This document shows positions 9,421 to 19,235 of a stretch of 64,000 nucleotides of DNA, piece by piece. The notes under the pieces are model-generated. The model was not told where the DNA came from, ran no database searches, and saw nothing but the letters and a program-made list of their open reading frames with translations. A program made the position numbers and the translations under genes. How positions within the stretch are numbered: the stretch's first letter is position 1; each line of letters starts with the position of its first letter. This stretch comes from Planctomycetota bacterium (GTDB taxonomy: Bacteria; Planctomycetota; Phycisphaerae; Phycisphaerales; SM1A02), in assembly GCA_022568135.1 (NCBI GenBank), contig JADFFQ010000009.1:4741-68740 (forward strand). The letters run 5' to 3'.

Positions 9421-10239
9421 TTAGACCGTACAGATATCACGACGGGCAAAGCACAGCCCGCCAGCGAGCCACAGGGCGACTCCAAGAACGGTCAGCACGA
9501 CCATGTCGGTCACCGGCCAGCCCCCCCCGTCTCGAAGAATGAGCATCGGCTGATAGTAGTTCAGCACACTCAGGAACGACACGGGCTCGGCCAGCGGCCA
9601 CACCTGGGCAAGGAAATTCAGGAGAAACGATCCCACCAGGATGGTAAAGACAACCGCTACCGCCTTTCCCCGCCGATCGCTGAGCGACGACACCAGCCAC
9701 CCCAGGCCTCCGACGGCGAAGTACAGACAGAAGAGGTTGATGACGACAACGACAAGCGGCTGCACTGCCGAAGGCGGTTTCGATTCCACCAGCAGCGCTC
9801 CGAGCTGATTGCCGGCCAGCCCCATGCCGATCACCACCAGCCCCGAGGCCAGGAACACAACCAGCTCACAACGGTAGACTCCCCAGCGCGACACCGGCAG
9901 CCCCAACAAGACGTCAATCGTCCCTCGGTCTATCTCTCCCACGGGCACTCGCGTGGAAAGGATCGTCGCGTGCGCCGCAATGATCGCCAGCACCACCGGA
10001 TGGACCCAGGCCATGGAACTGAACACGCCCGGACCGACTTGATCGCCGATGTCCGTTCCCAACAGGGCCTGCAACATCCTCTGCGCGAACTCGAGCTGGA
10101 GCAAGAAGGTGGAAAATTGGTCGGCGAAGGTGGGCAGAACGTAGGCGAGAATGGCCTCGATGGCCATGAGCGCCAGCGAAAGGAGCAGGGTTGCGACCCA
10201 TGCCTCACGAAGCGACTTGAGGATCAATCCTCGATTCAT
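9421..10239 (-). CDS. ABC-2 family transporter permease.
   Basis: Six predicted TM helices. The start ATG shares one base with the stop of the upstream ATPase gene (TGATG), indicating translational coupling. Confidence 0.7.
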   Translation of the reverse strand: MNRGLILKSLREAWVATLLLSLALMAIEAILAYVLPTFADQFSTFLLQLEFAQRMLQALLGTDIGDQVGPGVFSSMAWVHPVVLAIIAAHATILSTRVPVGEIDRGTIDVLLGLPVSRWGVYRCELVVFLASGLVVIGMGLAGNQLGALLVESKPPSAVQPLVVVVINLFCLYFAVGGLGWLVSSLSDRRGKAVAVVFTILVGSFLLNFLAQVWPLAEPVSFLSVLNYYQPMLILRDGGGWPVTDMVVLTVLGVALWLAGGLCFARRDICTV

Positions 10240-11132
10240 CAGTCGGATCGGCCTTGCTGGTAGTAGCGTCGAAAAAGGCTGTCCAGATCGGGGTGGCCGA
10301 TGGCCAGGTCCTCGATCGGCTGGCTGTCTAACCAACGGACCAGGACCGGCACCGGACCGTTCAAACTGCCCTGCCAGAGGCGGTCCTGGCGATGATGAAT
10401 CTCCAGGATTTCGGGGACGTTGACGTCTCGGGGGTTCACGTCCCTGGCCCATCGAATGGTGACCTCTCGCTTGGCGCCGGCTCGCAGCGCGTCAAGCGAT
10501 TCGTCGGCGACGATCCGCCCATCTCGCACGATGGCCACCCGGTCGCACAGGCGATCCACCTCGCTGAGGTTGTGGCTGGAGAAGAACACGGTGTGCCCAG
10601 CGGAGGCCAGCTCCTGGAGCTGCTGCATCAAGTGTTGCCGCATCAGTGGATCAAGCGAGACCGTCGGCTCGTCGAGGATCAACAGCCGGGGGCGATGAGC
10701 CAGGGCCAGAATCAGCCCGAGCTTCTGGCGCATGCCGCGCGACATCTTGCGGACCGCGACGGTCAGATCGAGCACGAATAGTTCAGCGAGGGCCCGGCCT
10801 GGGGCGAGCAGATCGCGCCGGCGGACCGACCCGAAGATGCGCAGCATGTCGGTGCCGGTCATCGACGGATACAGGCGCAGATCGCCGGGCAGATACCCGA
10901 CATCTTCCTTGATGCGGTGACCGGCCCGCCAACAGTCCAGCCCGAAGACGCGGGCTCTGCCGGCGCTTGGGCGCAGGAACCCCAAGAGCACGCGGATCAT
11001 CGTCGTCTTGCCCGCACCGTTGGGCCCGAGAAAGCCGAAGATCACCCCCTCGGGCACCTCAAGATTCACCTGCTCGATCCCGATCCGCCGGCCATAGCGC
11101 CTCGTGAGTTGTTCCACGATAATGACGTTCAC
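10239..11132 (-). CDS. ABC transporter ATP-binding protein.
   Basis: Walker A GPNGAGKTT, signature LSRGMRQKLGLILAL, Walker B LLILDEPT. Confidence 0.9.
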   Translation of the reverse strand: MNVIIVEQLTRRYGRRIGIEQVNLEVPEGVIFGFLGPNGAGKTTMIRVLLGFLRPSAGRARVFGLDCWRAGHRIKEDVGYLPGDLRLYPSMTGTDMLRIFGSVRRRDLLAPGRALAELFVLDLTVAVRKMSRGMRQKLGLILALAHRPRLLILDEPTVSLDPLMRQHLMQQLQELASAGHTVFFSSHNLSEVDRLCDRVAIVRDGRIVADESLDALRAGAKREVTIRWARDVNPRDVNVPEILEIHHRQDRLWQGSLNGPVPVLVRWLDSQPIEDLAIGHPDLDSLFRRYYQQGRSD

Positions 11133-11429
11133 GTAAGACCCCGCAGGCAGTTGCCGAACCGGCCGGGCGCCGTTCAGCGGTCCGCCGGTCCATGCATCAT
11201 ATGGTGTGTAGCCGAAGCCAACTACACGGTGGCGCGCTTCTTAGTACTGAGCGCGTGCCTCAATGTGAGGAGCGTGTCTGATATACGTTATCTGCACAGA
11301 GAAGGGGTGCGCGTAGGTGCGCAGGATCTCAGTACCGAAGCGGGCAGTCCACGATACGAGTGCTGATAGCTAAGTCGCGGTCGGACTTCAGTTCACGGTC
11401 TCCGACCCTCATCCGCGCACCGGGCAACC

Positions 11430-12278
11430 TCAAGTACCGAAGCGGGTCTTCGAGAACTCGATCCCGAAAGGAGGAGGCGTCCCGGGGACGGGACCTTCGG
11501 GATGCCAGCAGAGGACGTCATGGCCCTTGGGCGCTTTGCGGATGGGTTCGGTCACTTCCTCCACCTGCTCGCACCAGCGCCCTTCGTCACGACGATCGAG
11601 GTCGAAGAAACGGTAGCCCAAATTCGCAAGAGCCCTGACGGCCCCACAAGGATTGAATCCGGATCGAAACGACAACCGTCCGTGGATCTCCATGAGGATT
11701 GATGGGCGGAACTTGCTCAAAATCCGCAGTGCTCCCGTGATCACCGACTGCTCATGCCCCTCGACATCGATCTTGAGAAAGTCGAGCCGTTCGACGGGAT
11801 GCCGGTCGACGAAGTGGTCGAGACGCTCGGCCGCGACGACTTCGTGGAGAAATACCCGTGGTGACGAGGCGACTTCGCTCGCGTCATCCGGCCTAGCGAC
11901 GAAGGACCCGCCGTGGTCGAGTGTCCCGTCACCGGCAAGAGGGACATAGAAATCCAGCTGGTCTTCCTTGTCAGACAGCGCGATGCGGAAAGATTCGACG
12001 TTCTTACGATCGGCGATCAGCCTTTCCAGAACCCGACTGTTGTACGCGAGCGGCTCGAACGCAAGGATCCGGCAGTCCTTCCCGCATTGGCGGGCGAGTT
12101 CCAGCGCGAACCGGCCATGGTTGGCGCCGATGTCGAAGTGCACGCCAGTCGGCGGCAGAAAGGCCTGCAGAAGCTTGACGTCACGGGCAAACTTGCGGTG
12201 GAATCGCCCGCGGAACAGTTGGCGGAGCCGGGCGAGGCGATTTCGAAGGGAACCGTATTGGTATGTCTCGACGATCAT
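11430..12278 (-). CDS. FkbM-family SAM-dependent methyltransferase.
   Basis: FDIGANHGRFALELARQ ... FLKIDVEGHEQSVI, the typical FkbM (TIGR01444) pattern. An alternative start lies at 12308. Confidence 0.75.
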   Translation of the reverse strand: MIVETYQYGSLRNRLARLRQLFRGRFHRKFARDVKLLQAFLPPTGVHFDIGANHGRFALELARQCGKDCRILAFEPLAYNSRVLERLIADRKNVESFRIALSDKEDQLDFYVPLAGDGTLDHGGSFVARPDDASEVASSPRVFLHEVVAAERLDHFVDRHPVERLDFLKIDVEGHEQSVITGALRILSKFRPSILMEIHGRLSFRSGFNPCGAVRALANLGYRFFDLDRRDEGRWCEQVEEVTEPIRKAPKGHDVLCWHPEGPVPGTPPPFGIEFSKTRFGT

Positions 12279-12460
12279 GGTCGTGCTGCCATCGATGCGC
12301 GTCCGCATCCGCCTGTCAGCGGCTCCTCGGTCGGGACCTTAGGTTGGATCGATCCCCGCCACACACCCCCAGGCTACGGCAACGTTCACCAGCGCGCCAA
12401 ACAACAGAAAGATCAAGATGCTGAGCAGGCACCGGTTCACTGGACTATGCTATGCCTTGC

Positions 12461-12925
12461 CTATCGCCCACCACCTCTGTCTGTCGCATCCCACTCCCTT
12501 CTGAGCATCGCCTCGATGACCTGCTGGGTCGACAGGTGATCGATATAGCGGCTGGTCGTTCCAACGTTGCTGTGCGCTATAGGCGACGGGAGATTACGCG
12601 GAGGGGGACGCCCTCAGCAGCGAGCTCGGCAGCGTAGGTGTGCCTCAGTCCATACGGGTGGACGCGCTTCTCGAAAACCCGCCCTTTGAGCCGCCTGGGG
12701 GGCGCATCATATGGTTCACCGCTCGGACCGGCGCGCTGCAACTGCCCGACCTGCTCTGCGGGGAACTCCGAGGCGAGTCGGAGAGCTGCCAGAAATGCGC
12801 AGCGGCGCTCGAACCGCGCACGGCCGATTCCTGATCCTCCAGCCGCCCGCAGGACGGTTTGCGGAGGAGACACGCGCAGCGCCTCGTTGACATGTGCCGC
12901 CGGGACGAGGGTAACGGTTTCACGT
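12461..12925 (-). pseudogene. Tyrosine recombinase (phage-type integrase) C-terminal catalytic-domain remnant, frame-disrupted.
   Basis: Frame A reads ...LKGRVFEKRVHPYGLRHTYAAELAAEGVPLRVISRRL*. The sequence continues in another frame as (A)HSNVGTTSRYIDHLSTQQVIEAMLRREW..., giving the R..K..HxxR..H..Y catalytic signature. The frame break lies at about 12577-12580. No core-binding N-domain is present upstream. Confidence 0.6.
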
Positions 12926-13639
12926 GGACGCTGTACGAAGCGTCTCGACGACCCACTTCGGGGTACTCTGGAGATAGGCGCGCATGTGACCGCGCCGGCT
13001 GAAGTAGTACACCGAGGCGCACCCCTGCGCAATCACGCTGCCGCCGATCAGCGCGGCGTAAAAGGAGACCGTAAGAAGCCTGGTCAGGCGGTCGATCGGC
13101 GCGAGGGTCTCTGCGATCGGGCCGCCGGCGGCGAGGTGCACGTCATATGGGCCGGGACCGACCAGCGCCTGCACAATGTTCCACCCCGCGTAGGCGGTCA
13201 CCACGACGACCAGCCCGAGCTGGTTGAGGGCCAGCCGGCGCGGGGCGGCGAGGTCAATGGCGCGGAGCCCCTTGGCTCCTCGCAGCTCGACGAAGGCGAC
13301 GGCGCAGAGACCCAGACCCAGAAGAAACGCCGGCAGGCTGAACAGCCCGCTGAGTAGCGAGACAGCCCCAAAGAACGCCAAGGTCCACCCGCTGAACGCG
13401 GCCACTCCGGCGGCCCGGCTGATCTTGCGACCCCGGCGATGTGCAATGGCAATCGCCTGAAGCTGCTCGGGGGAGATCGCACCGTCCTGCCGTGGCGGTG
13501 CGGACGGCCGGTCGCGCGCATCGGCACCGGAGCACGGCAGCGTGGCCGAGGCCGATCGCTGCGCCCCGCTGTCTAGCGAACTCACCGCTACCACATCTCC
13601 CGGTGCAACATGGCCTGCGTTGGTGGCGACGTCGCTCAT
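12920..13639 (-). CDS. Hypothetical membrane protein.
   Basis: Hydrophobic helices (LAFFGAVSLLSGLFSLPAFLLGLGLCAVAFV; LGLVVVVTAYAGWNIVQALVG). The start is uncertain (MSDVATNAGH or upstream to 13804). Confidence 0.4.
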   Translation of the reverse strand: MSDVATNAGHVAPGDVVAVSSLDSGAQRSASATLPCSGADARDRPSAPPRQDGAISPEQLQAIAIAHRRGRKISRAAGVAAFSGWTLAFFGAVSLLSGLFSLPAFLLGLGLCAVAFVELRGAKGLRAIDLAAPRRLALNQLGLVVVVTAYAGWNIVQALVGPGPYDVHLAAGGPIAETLAPIDRLTRLLTVSFYAALIGGSVIAQGCASVYYFSRRGHMRAYLQSTPKWVVETLRTAST

Positions 13640-14005
13640 CCGCGCTCTTTTCGACCTGACCCAGCGTTCGATTCTGAGGCGGATGGCCGGCGATCCGCGG
13701 CAGCCCTGCGCTACGGACGTCTGCGCCGCTCCGGAAGGCTGGGGTCCCCGCGACGACGCCGATAACGTGGTGCGGGCCGACGTGGCCGGGGCGTGGATCG
13801 GCAACAGTGGTGGTGCGCGCTTTTGGGCTGCCAGATCAAGCCATTGCCAAGCGCGTCAGCCAAGGCCTGACCTACGGATTCTGGCGGGAGCCGGACCGGC
13901 CCTGGGCACCCTCTCATCCCAGCACCCTATGACGCTGCCCTTCAGGCAGCCGAGAAGCCGCAATGCTCGGCCACACCAAGCATTGCGGCAGCAAGAAGAA
14001 AAGAA

Positions 14006-14079
14006 TGGGCCGTACTGGACTTGAACCAGTGACCTCCTGCGTGTCGAGCAGGCGCTCTAGCCAACTGAGCTAACGGCCC
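14006..14079 (-). tRNA. tRNA-Val (anticodon GAC).
   Basis: GGGCCGT-TA-GCTCAGTTGGCTAGAGC-G-CCTGC-TCGACAC-GCAGG-AGGTC-ACTGG-TTCAAGT-CCAGT-ACGGCCC-A folds as a cloverleaf. No CCA is encoded. C33 is atypical, so the isotype call is only moderately firm. Confidence 0.75.
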
Positions 14080-14170
14080 CGGTCGTGCTAATGGTGCGAG
14101 TCTATCCAGGCCGGGATCGGTGTCAACGGGCGCAACCGAATTACGCGACTGCGGAGCCCGCGGATATGCA

Positions 14171-14222
14171 TCCGCGGCTATTAAGGACATGCGTTTCGCG
14201 CAGGCGCCTACTCGCGCGGCGG
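14171..14222. repeat. Direct-repeat copy A (52 bp) of the guaB 3' end plus 35 bp of downstream sequence.
   Basis: Identical, apart from the first base, to 14333..14385, which contains the real guaB stop (...HPPRE*). Confidence 0.8.
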
Positions 14223-14332
14223 GTGGCTGGGGCTAAGCGAAGCGTGCCCCAGTCTTCTGACGCTGTGGCATCGAAGACTTAGCCACAGCCACCCATGTGG
14301 GCAGACGTTGTTGCTCTGTTGCGACGCCACCC

Positions 14333-14385
14333 GCCCGCGGCTATTAAGGACATGCGTTTCGCGCAGGCGCCTACTCGCGCGGCGG
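14333..14385. repeat. Direct-repeat copy B (the native guaB 3' end).
   Basis: See copy A. The two copies flank a 110 bp segment that has nested hairpins (ggctaag...cttagcc and gctgtggc...gccacagc). Confidence 0.8.
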
Positions 14386-15846
14386 ATGAAGCGAATAGTT
14401 GGGTGATTCTTTGGTGATCTGAATATCGTGAGGGTGCGACTCGGTGAGGCTGGCGGGGCTGACGCGGACAAAGCGGGCGTGCTCGCGTAAATCGTCGATC
14501 GTCCGGCAGCCACAGTATCCCATCGCGGCCCGTAAGCCCCCCACCATCTGATAGAGGAACTCACCGAGCGGACCCCGATACGGGACGCGGCCTTCGACGC
14601 CCTCGGGGACGAACTTGGTCGAATCCCACCGCTGGCTGTATCGGTCGGCGGAGCCGGCCCCCATCGCACCCTCACTGCCCATGCCGCGGTAGGTCTTGAA
14701 CCGCCGCCCGCCATGCAGAATCAACTCGCCCGGGCTTTCATCAAGGCCGGCGAACATCGAGCCGAGCATGACACTGCTTGCGCCTGCGGCGATGGCCTTG
14801 GCGATATCGCCGCTGTGCCGGATGCCGCCGTCAGCGATCACGGGCACTGCATGCTCGTCGGCTGTCTGAGCGACGTTGAAGATTGCAGTGAGCTGCGGCA
14901 CGCCCACGCCGGTCACCATCCGAGTCGTGCAGATGGATCCGGGCCCGATCCCGACCTTGATCGCATCGACGCCGGCCGAAATGAGATCCGCCGCGGCCTC
15001 AGCGGTTGCGACGTTGCCGGCGATAATGTCCAGGTCATATCGCTTGCGTATCTTCTTTATGGCGTTGATGACATTGCGGGAATGGCCGTGGGCGGTGTCG
15101 ACCACGATGACGTCGATTTCAGCGTGGACCAAGGCGTCAACGCGGTCCAACTGATCCACGCCCACCGCCGCGCCGACGCGTAGCCGACCGCGGGCGTCGC
15201 GGCAGGCGTTGGGATGCTTGCGGAGGTTCTCGATGTCGCGCATGGTGATCAGTCCCGCCAGGCGCCCGTCTCGATCGACCAGCAACAACTTCTCGACCCG
15301 AGCTTCGTTGAGAACAGACTCCGCCGCTTTGAGCGTGGTGTCCGGCGTAGCGGTGACCAGGTTGGTCTTCGTCATCACATCCCCGACCTGGCGGTCGGAT
15401 GATCCGATCACGAATTTCATATCACGGCGGGTGAGGATTCCCACGACCCGGCCGCGGCTCGATCCATCCTCAGTTACGGGAAAACCCGAGACGTTCTGCT
15501 CGTCCATCAGTCGAAGCGCCCCAGCGACCGTATCGCCGAAGCCAAGCGTTATGGGATCATTGATGACGCCGTTCTCGCTGCGCTTGACCTTGGCCACCTC
15601 CCGGGCCTGGTCGTCGGGCGTCAAGCTGCGGTGGATGATTCCGATGCCGCCTTCCTGCGCCAGGGCAATGGCCAGCGCAGACTCGGTGACGGTGTCCATG
15701 GGCGCGGACACCAATGGGACGTTCAGCGGAATGTTGCGTGTCAGGCGGGTGGCCGTATCGACGCTGTCCGGCGTGACCTCGCTGTAGTCCGGAAGCAGCA
15801 GGACGTCGTCGAAAGTGATGCCTTGCTGGACGATCTTGCGTTCCAT
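14371..15846 (-). CDS. guaB: Inosine-5'-monophosphate dehydrogenase.
   Basis: [20 protein letters not shown]-terminus, CBS pair, catalytic loop [12 protein letters not shown]-terminus [11 protein letters not shown]. Confidence 0.95.
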   Translation of the reverse strand: MERKIVQQGITFDDVLLLPDYSEVTPDSVDTATRLTRNIPLNVPLVSAPMDTVTESALAIALAQEGGIGIIHRSLTPDDQAREVAKVKRSENGVINDPITLGFGDTVAGALRLMDEQNVSGFPVTEDGSSRGRVVGILTRRDMKFVIGSSDRQVGDVMTKTNLVTATPDTTLKAAESVLNEARVEKLLLVDRDGRLAGLITMRDIENLRKHPNACRDARGRLRVGAAVGVDQLDRVDALVHAEIDVIVVDTAHGHSRNVINAIKKIRKRYDLDIIAGNVATAEAAADLISAGVDAIKVGIGPGSICTTRMVTGVGVPQLTAIFNVAQTADEHAVPVIADGGIRHSGDIAKAIAAGASSVMLGSMFAGLDESPGELILHGGRRFKTYRGMGSEGAMGAGSADRYSQRWDSTKFVPEGVEGRVPYRGPLGEFLYQMVGGLRAAMGYCGCRTIDDLREHARFVRVSPASLTESHPHDIQITKESPNYSLHPPRE

Positions 15847-16289
15847 TGACCAATGATGGGCGGATTCTCGGAACTTGTCAAATCCGTCGCGCCGCGAGTG
15901 GGCGTCGGCAGGGGGCGTGGGCCGTCCCTCGGCCGAGATTCGGGCCGGTTAGGTCTTGGGTTTCGACCCGGGGTGTGCTATTCTACATGGATGGCTACGC
16001 CCACCGCTGGGCATGGCTCGCCGGAAACTGCGTAGACTAGATCTTCGTACGGAGGAAAGAGCCGGCTAAGAGCGTCTCGCCCGACAGGCTCGATTCGGAT
16101 CAGCCGGCCGGTCGGGGAACTCTCCTGCCGCGTCCGGCCCACCGAATGGCTCGGCCGAAAGTTGAGCACGGAAAAGGGGGAACTCGGCTCGGTCAGCATC
16201 GAATTGATTCCACAGAGCCCCTGCGTTGTGGCCTAGCCGTCGATGAGGCGGCGAATGGAACCGGCGGCAGAACTTCCAGGAGGGTCAAG

Positions 16290-17441
16290 GTGACGATTAC
16301 AACGACAAGAGTAGTCCCTGAGGAACTCTGTGATCCCGTCCATCACGATAAGGGGACGGTGCCGGGCGAAGGCCGGCGGATGCTGATGAAATACCTCGCA
16401 GCGGCTGTGCGCTACGAGGCATCCGACCTGATCGTGAAAGTCGATCTGCCTCCGCGGATCAGGCTTCGCGGTGCGTTGAAGAACTTGCAGACTGAGGAGT
16501 GTTCGGAGCAGTTGATGTTCCAGATCGCCAAGGACGTACTGGATGAAAAGCAGTACGCGTATTTCCATCACCACGGCTCGGTCGATTTCGCGTACGACTA
16601 TGACGAGGACGATCGCTTCCGGATCAACCTGTTCATGGCTCGGGGCAAACCTTCATTGGCGGCCCGGTTGATCACCTCGAATATCAAGACCTTCGAGGAC
16701 CTCCGCTTGCCGCAATCGCTGGGGGATCTGGCCCTGAGCGCCCAGGGGCTGATTCTCTTCGCGGGCATCACCGGGTCCGGCAAATCGACGTCGATCGCAT
16801 CCATGCTGCAGTACATCAACGAACGCAGGCGGGTGCATATCGTCACCATCGAGGATCCGATCGAATACATCTTCAAAGACGACAAGGCGACGATCAACCA
16901 GCGCGAGGTGGGCATCGATTGCATTGATTTCAACGAGGCGCTTCGAACGCTGGTGCGAGAGGACCCGGATGTGGTGTTGGTGGGCGAGATGCGTGACTAC
17001 GAGACGTTCGAGGCGGCGATCCGCGCCGCGGAGACCGGCCATGTGGTCTTCGGGACGATCCACGCCTCGTCGTCCTGGCAGGCGTTCGGGCGCATCTTCG
17101 ACATGTTCCCGGAGCCCGAGCGCGACCAGATTCGCAAGCTGCTGGCGTACAACCTTCGAGCGATCATCTATCAGCGACTTCTGCCGACGTTGCGAGAGGA
17201 CATCCACCGGATACCCGCGATTGAAATCCTCATCAACACGCCGCCCGTGCAGAAGTACATCCTTGACGGCCGAGAGGGCGAGTTGCTGGACATCATCCGC
17301 CAAGGCCGGGAAGAAGGCATGATCGACTTCACCAGCGCGCTGGTGGAGCTCGTGGAAGCTGAATGGATTCATCACCGCGTCGCGCTGGAAGCGACGCCAA
17401 AGCCCGAAGAACTCAAGATGCGCCTCAAGGGCATCTCCTGA
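16290..17441 (+). CDS. pilT: Type IV pilus retraction ATPase PilT-like (twitching motility ATPase family).
   Basis: Walker A GITGSGKSTS, plus VHIVTIEDPIEY and DPDVVLVGEMRD, plus a His box. A GTG start at 16290 lies behind AGGAGG; an alternative ATG is at 16380. Confidence 0.8.
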   Translation: MTITTTRVVPEELCDPVHHDKGTVPGEGRRMLMKYLAAAVRYEASDLIVKVDLPPRIRLRGALKNLQTEECSEQLMFQIAKDVLDEKQYAYFHHHGSVDFAYDYDEDDRFRINLFMARGKPSLAARLITSNIKTFEDLRLPQSLGDLALSAQGLILFAGITGSGKSTSIASMLQYINERRRVHIVTIEDPIEYIFKDDKATINQREVGIDCIDFNEALRTLVREDPDVVLVGEMRDYETFEAAIRAAETGHVVFGTIHASSSWQAFGRIFDMFPEPERDQIRKLLAYNLRAIIYQRLLPTLREDIHRIPAIEILINTPPVQKYILDGREGELLDIIRQGREEGMIDFTSALVELVEAEWIHHRVALEATPKPEELKMRLKGIS

Positions 17442-17462
17442 TTCCCCACGAGCCGCAATCAG

Positions 17463-19157
17463 ATGACCGTGCAGATATTGGTCGCGAACGTCTCCGCTCA
17501 ATTGGTGAGCTTCTACAAGCCGCTGCTGATGTTCGCGCCGTTTGTGCCGTGGGCGTGGCTGATCTCGTCAAAGCTTGACAAGGACGCCCGCTTCTACCAC
17601 CTCAACCATCAGATGTGGAACGGTATTCATCTCGCTGCGGGCGTGGCCGCGCTGGCGGCGATGCTCTTCATTCCGCCGACGTTCTGGCTCAGCTGGCCCC
17701 TGGGCATGTTTATCCTCGCCGCCCCCCTCTACGCCTACTGGCAGATTCGAAACCGTGCAGTGCCCGAAACCGAGCGATTCAAGCTCACCGGCGAGGGACT
17801 CGCTGCCAGACTCGAAGCCCGCAAGCTCGCCCGCAGCGCCCGCGGCGCGATGCTGCGATTCATTGACGCAAAGGGCAATGAACGCAATGTCCCGCCCAAA
17901 GACGATCCTTTGTATCCGATCCACATTATGGCGGAGGACCTGATCGCGCCGGCGGTCGCCGCACGGGCAACTCAGATCGAACTCACCATTGGCGCAGGCG
18001 GCGGCAGGGCCTCGCAGACCATCGACGGCATTCAATACAAGCGCGAACCACTTCAGCCCGAATCGGCAGCGCATCTGATCGCGTACCTCAAGGAGATCGC
18101 TGGGCTGAACGTCGAGGACCGCCGAAGACGGCAGACTGCGGAGTTTCGAATGCTCGCCCCCGACGGCGAAGTGCAGATTACACTGATCACCGTCGGCACA
18201 TCGAGCGGCCAGGTGATGAAACTCGACTTCGACCGTAGCAAACGACTGCTCAAGCCGTTTGACGGGCTCGGGCTACTGCGGTCACAACTGGCGTCGCTGC
18301 GAGCGCTGGAACCGTCGCATGAGCGCCACGGCGTCCTGCTTCTTGGGGCTCCGCCCGGACATGGGTTGTCCACCTCTTCGTATAGCTTCATGTCCAGGCA
18401 CGACCCCTACACCTCCAACATCAAGACGCTGGAGCGTGAAATCCAGGCGTTGATTGACGGCGTTGATCAGGCCCAATGGGACCCGAACAATCCCGATGTG
18501 GATTACGCCACGAACCTTCAGTCCATCCTCCGCCGAGACCCCGACGTGGTGCTGCTCGCTACCCTGACCGACAATGAAACCGCAAGAATCGCGGCGGCGC
18601 CCGGTTTGCAGGGGCCGCTGATCTACATCCCACAGCAGGCCAAAACGATCTCCGAGCAAATACGCCAGTGGGTCAAATATGTCGGCGACCTGAAGATGGC
18701 GGCGAAGACGCTTCGTGCCGTGACGAATCAGCGGCTGGTGCGCACGCTCTGCCCGAATTGCCGCCACCCCTATCAGCCTACACCCGACCAGCTCAAGAGG
18801 ATGAACCTTCCGGCGAAAAAAGTCAGCCAGCTGTACCGGGCCAACGGCAAGGTTCAGGTCAAGAACAAGATTGAGAGCTGCCCGGTGTGTGGAGGCACCG
18901 GTTATCTCGGTCAGACCGGCGCGTTTGAGGTGATGATGATCGACGACGAAGCCCGCCGGCTTCTGGTGGCCGGCGACCTCAAGGGTGCGTTGGCCTCCGC
19001 CCGCCGCAACAAGATGATCTACCTGCAGGAAGCGGCGCTGAGCAAGATTGTCAACGGTGAATCAAGCATCGAGGAGGTTATTCGAGTCACGGCTCCCGCC
19101 CAAAGCAGCGCGGAGACCGCACGGCGTCCGAAACCGGATCCCGCGCCGACCACGTAG
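17463..19157 (+). CDS. Membrane-anchored GspE/PilB-like protein with a degenerate Walker A (predicted pseudo-ATPase) and an intact C-terminal Zn-finger.
   Basis: N-terminal TM helices. An N2-like domain is present (ATQIELTIGAGGGRASQTIDGIQYK...LKEIAGLNVEDRRRRQTAEFRM). GAPPGHGLSTS stands in place of GPxGSGKST. DPDVVLLATLTDNETA is present. The tetracysteine motif CPNCRH...CPVCGG is intact. Confidence 0.7.
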   Translation: MTVQILVANVSAQLVSFYKPLLMFAPFVPWAWLISSKLDKDARFYHLNHQMWNGIHLAAGVAALAAMLFIPPTFWLSWPLGMFILAAPLYAYWQIRNRAVPETERFKLTGEGLAARLEARKLARSARGAMLRFIDAKGNERNVPPKDDPLYPIHIMAEDLIAPAVAARATQIELTIGAGGGRASQTIDGIQYKREPLQPESAAHLIAYLKEIAGLNVEDRRRRQTAEFRMLAPDGEVQITLITVGTSSGQVMKLDFDRSKRLLKPFDGLGLLRSQLASLRALEPSHERHGVLLLGAPPGHGLSTSSYSFMSRHDPYTSNIKTLEREIQALIDGVDQAQWDPNNPDVDYATNLQSILRRDPDVVLLATLTDNETARIAAAPGLQGPLIYIPQQAKTISEQIRQWVKYVGDLKMAAKTLRAVTNQRLVRTLCPNCRHPYQPTPDQLKRMNLPAKKVSQLYRANGKVQVKNKIESCPVCGGTGYLGQTGAFEVMMIDDEARRLLVAGDLKGALASARRNKMIYLQEAALSKIVNGESSIEEVIRVTAPAQSSAETARRPKPDPAPTT

Positions 19158-19235
19158 CTCCGCCCCCCAGGCGAGCATACCTACCGGCGGCGCTGGCCCC
19201 TTTCACCACATGGAGTTCGAAGGGTTCCCGTCACC

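Noticed and set aside
8350-10263. Plus-strand ORFs 8350..9174 and 9331..10263, opposite the TPR and ABC-2 permease genes.
   Set aside because: Antisense to better-supported genes; junk composition (R/H/Q-rich).
12638-13357. 239-aa plus-strand ORF across the integrase remnant and the membrane protein.
   Set aside because: R/A/G-rich junk composition. It overlaps two better-supported minus-strand features.
14208-14714. 168-aa minus-strand ORF ending in SHPPRE, like guaB.
   Set aside because: It overlaps the guaB 3' region out of frame. Its guaB-like C-terminus exists only because of the 52-bp duplicated segment. R/S/P-rich.
16653-17501. 282-aa ORF antisense to the pilT-like gene.
   Set aside because: Antisense to a gene with intact Walker motifs; low-complexity.
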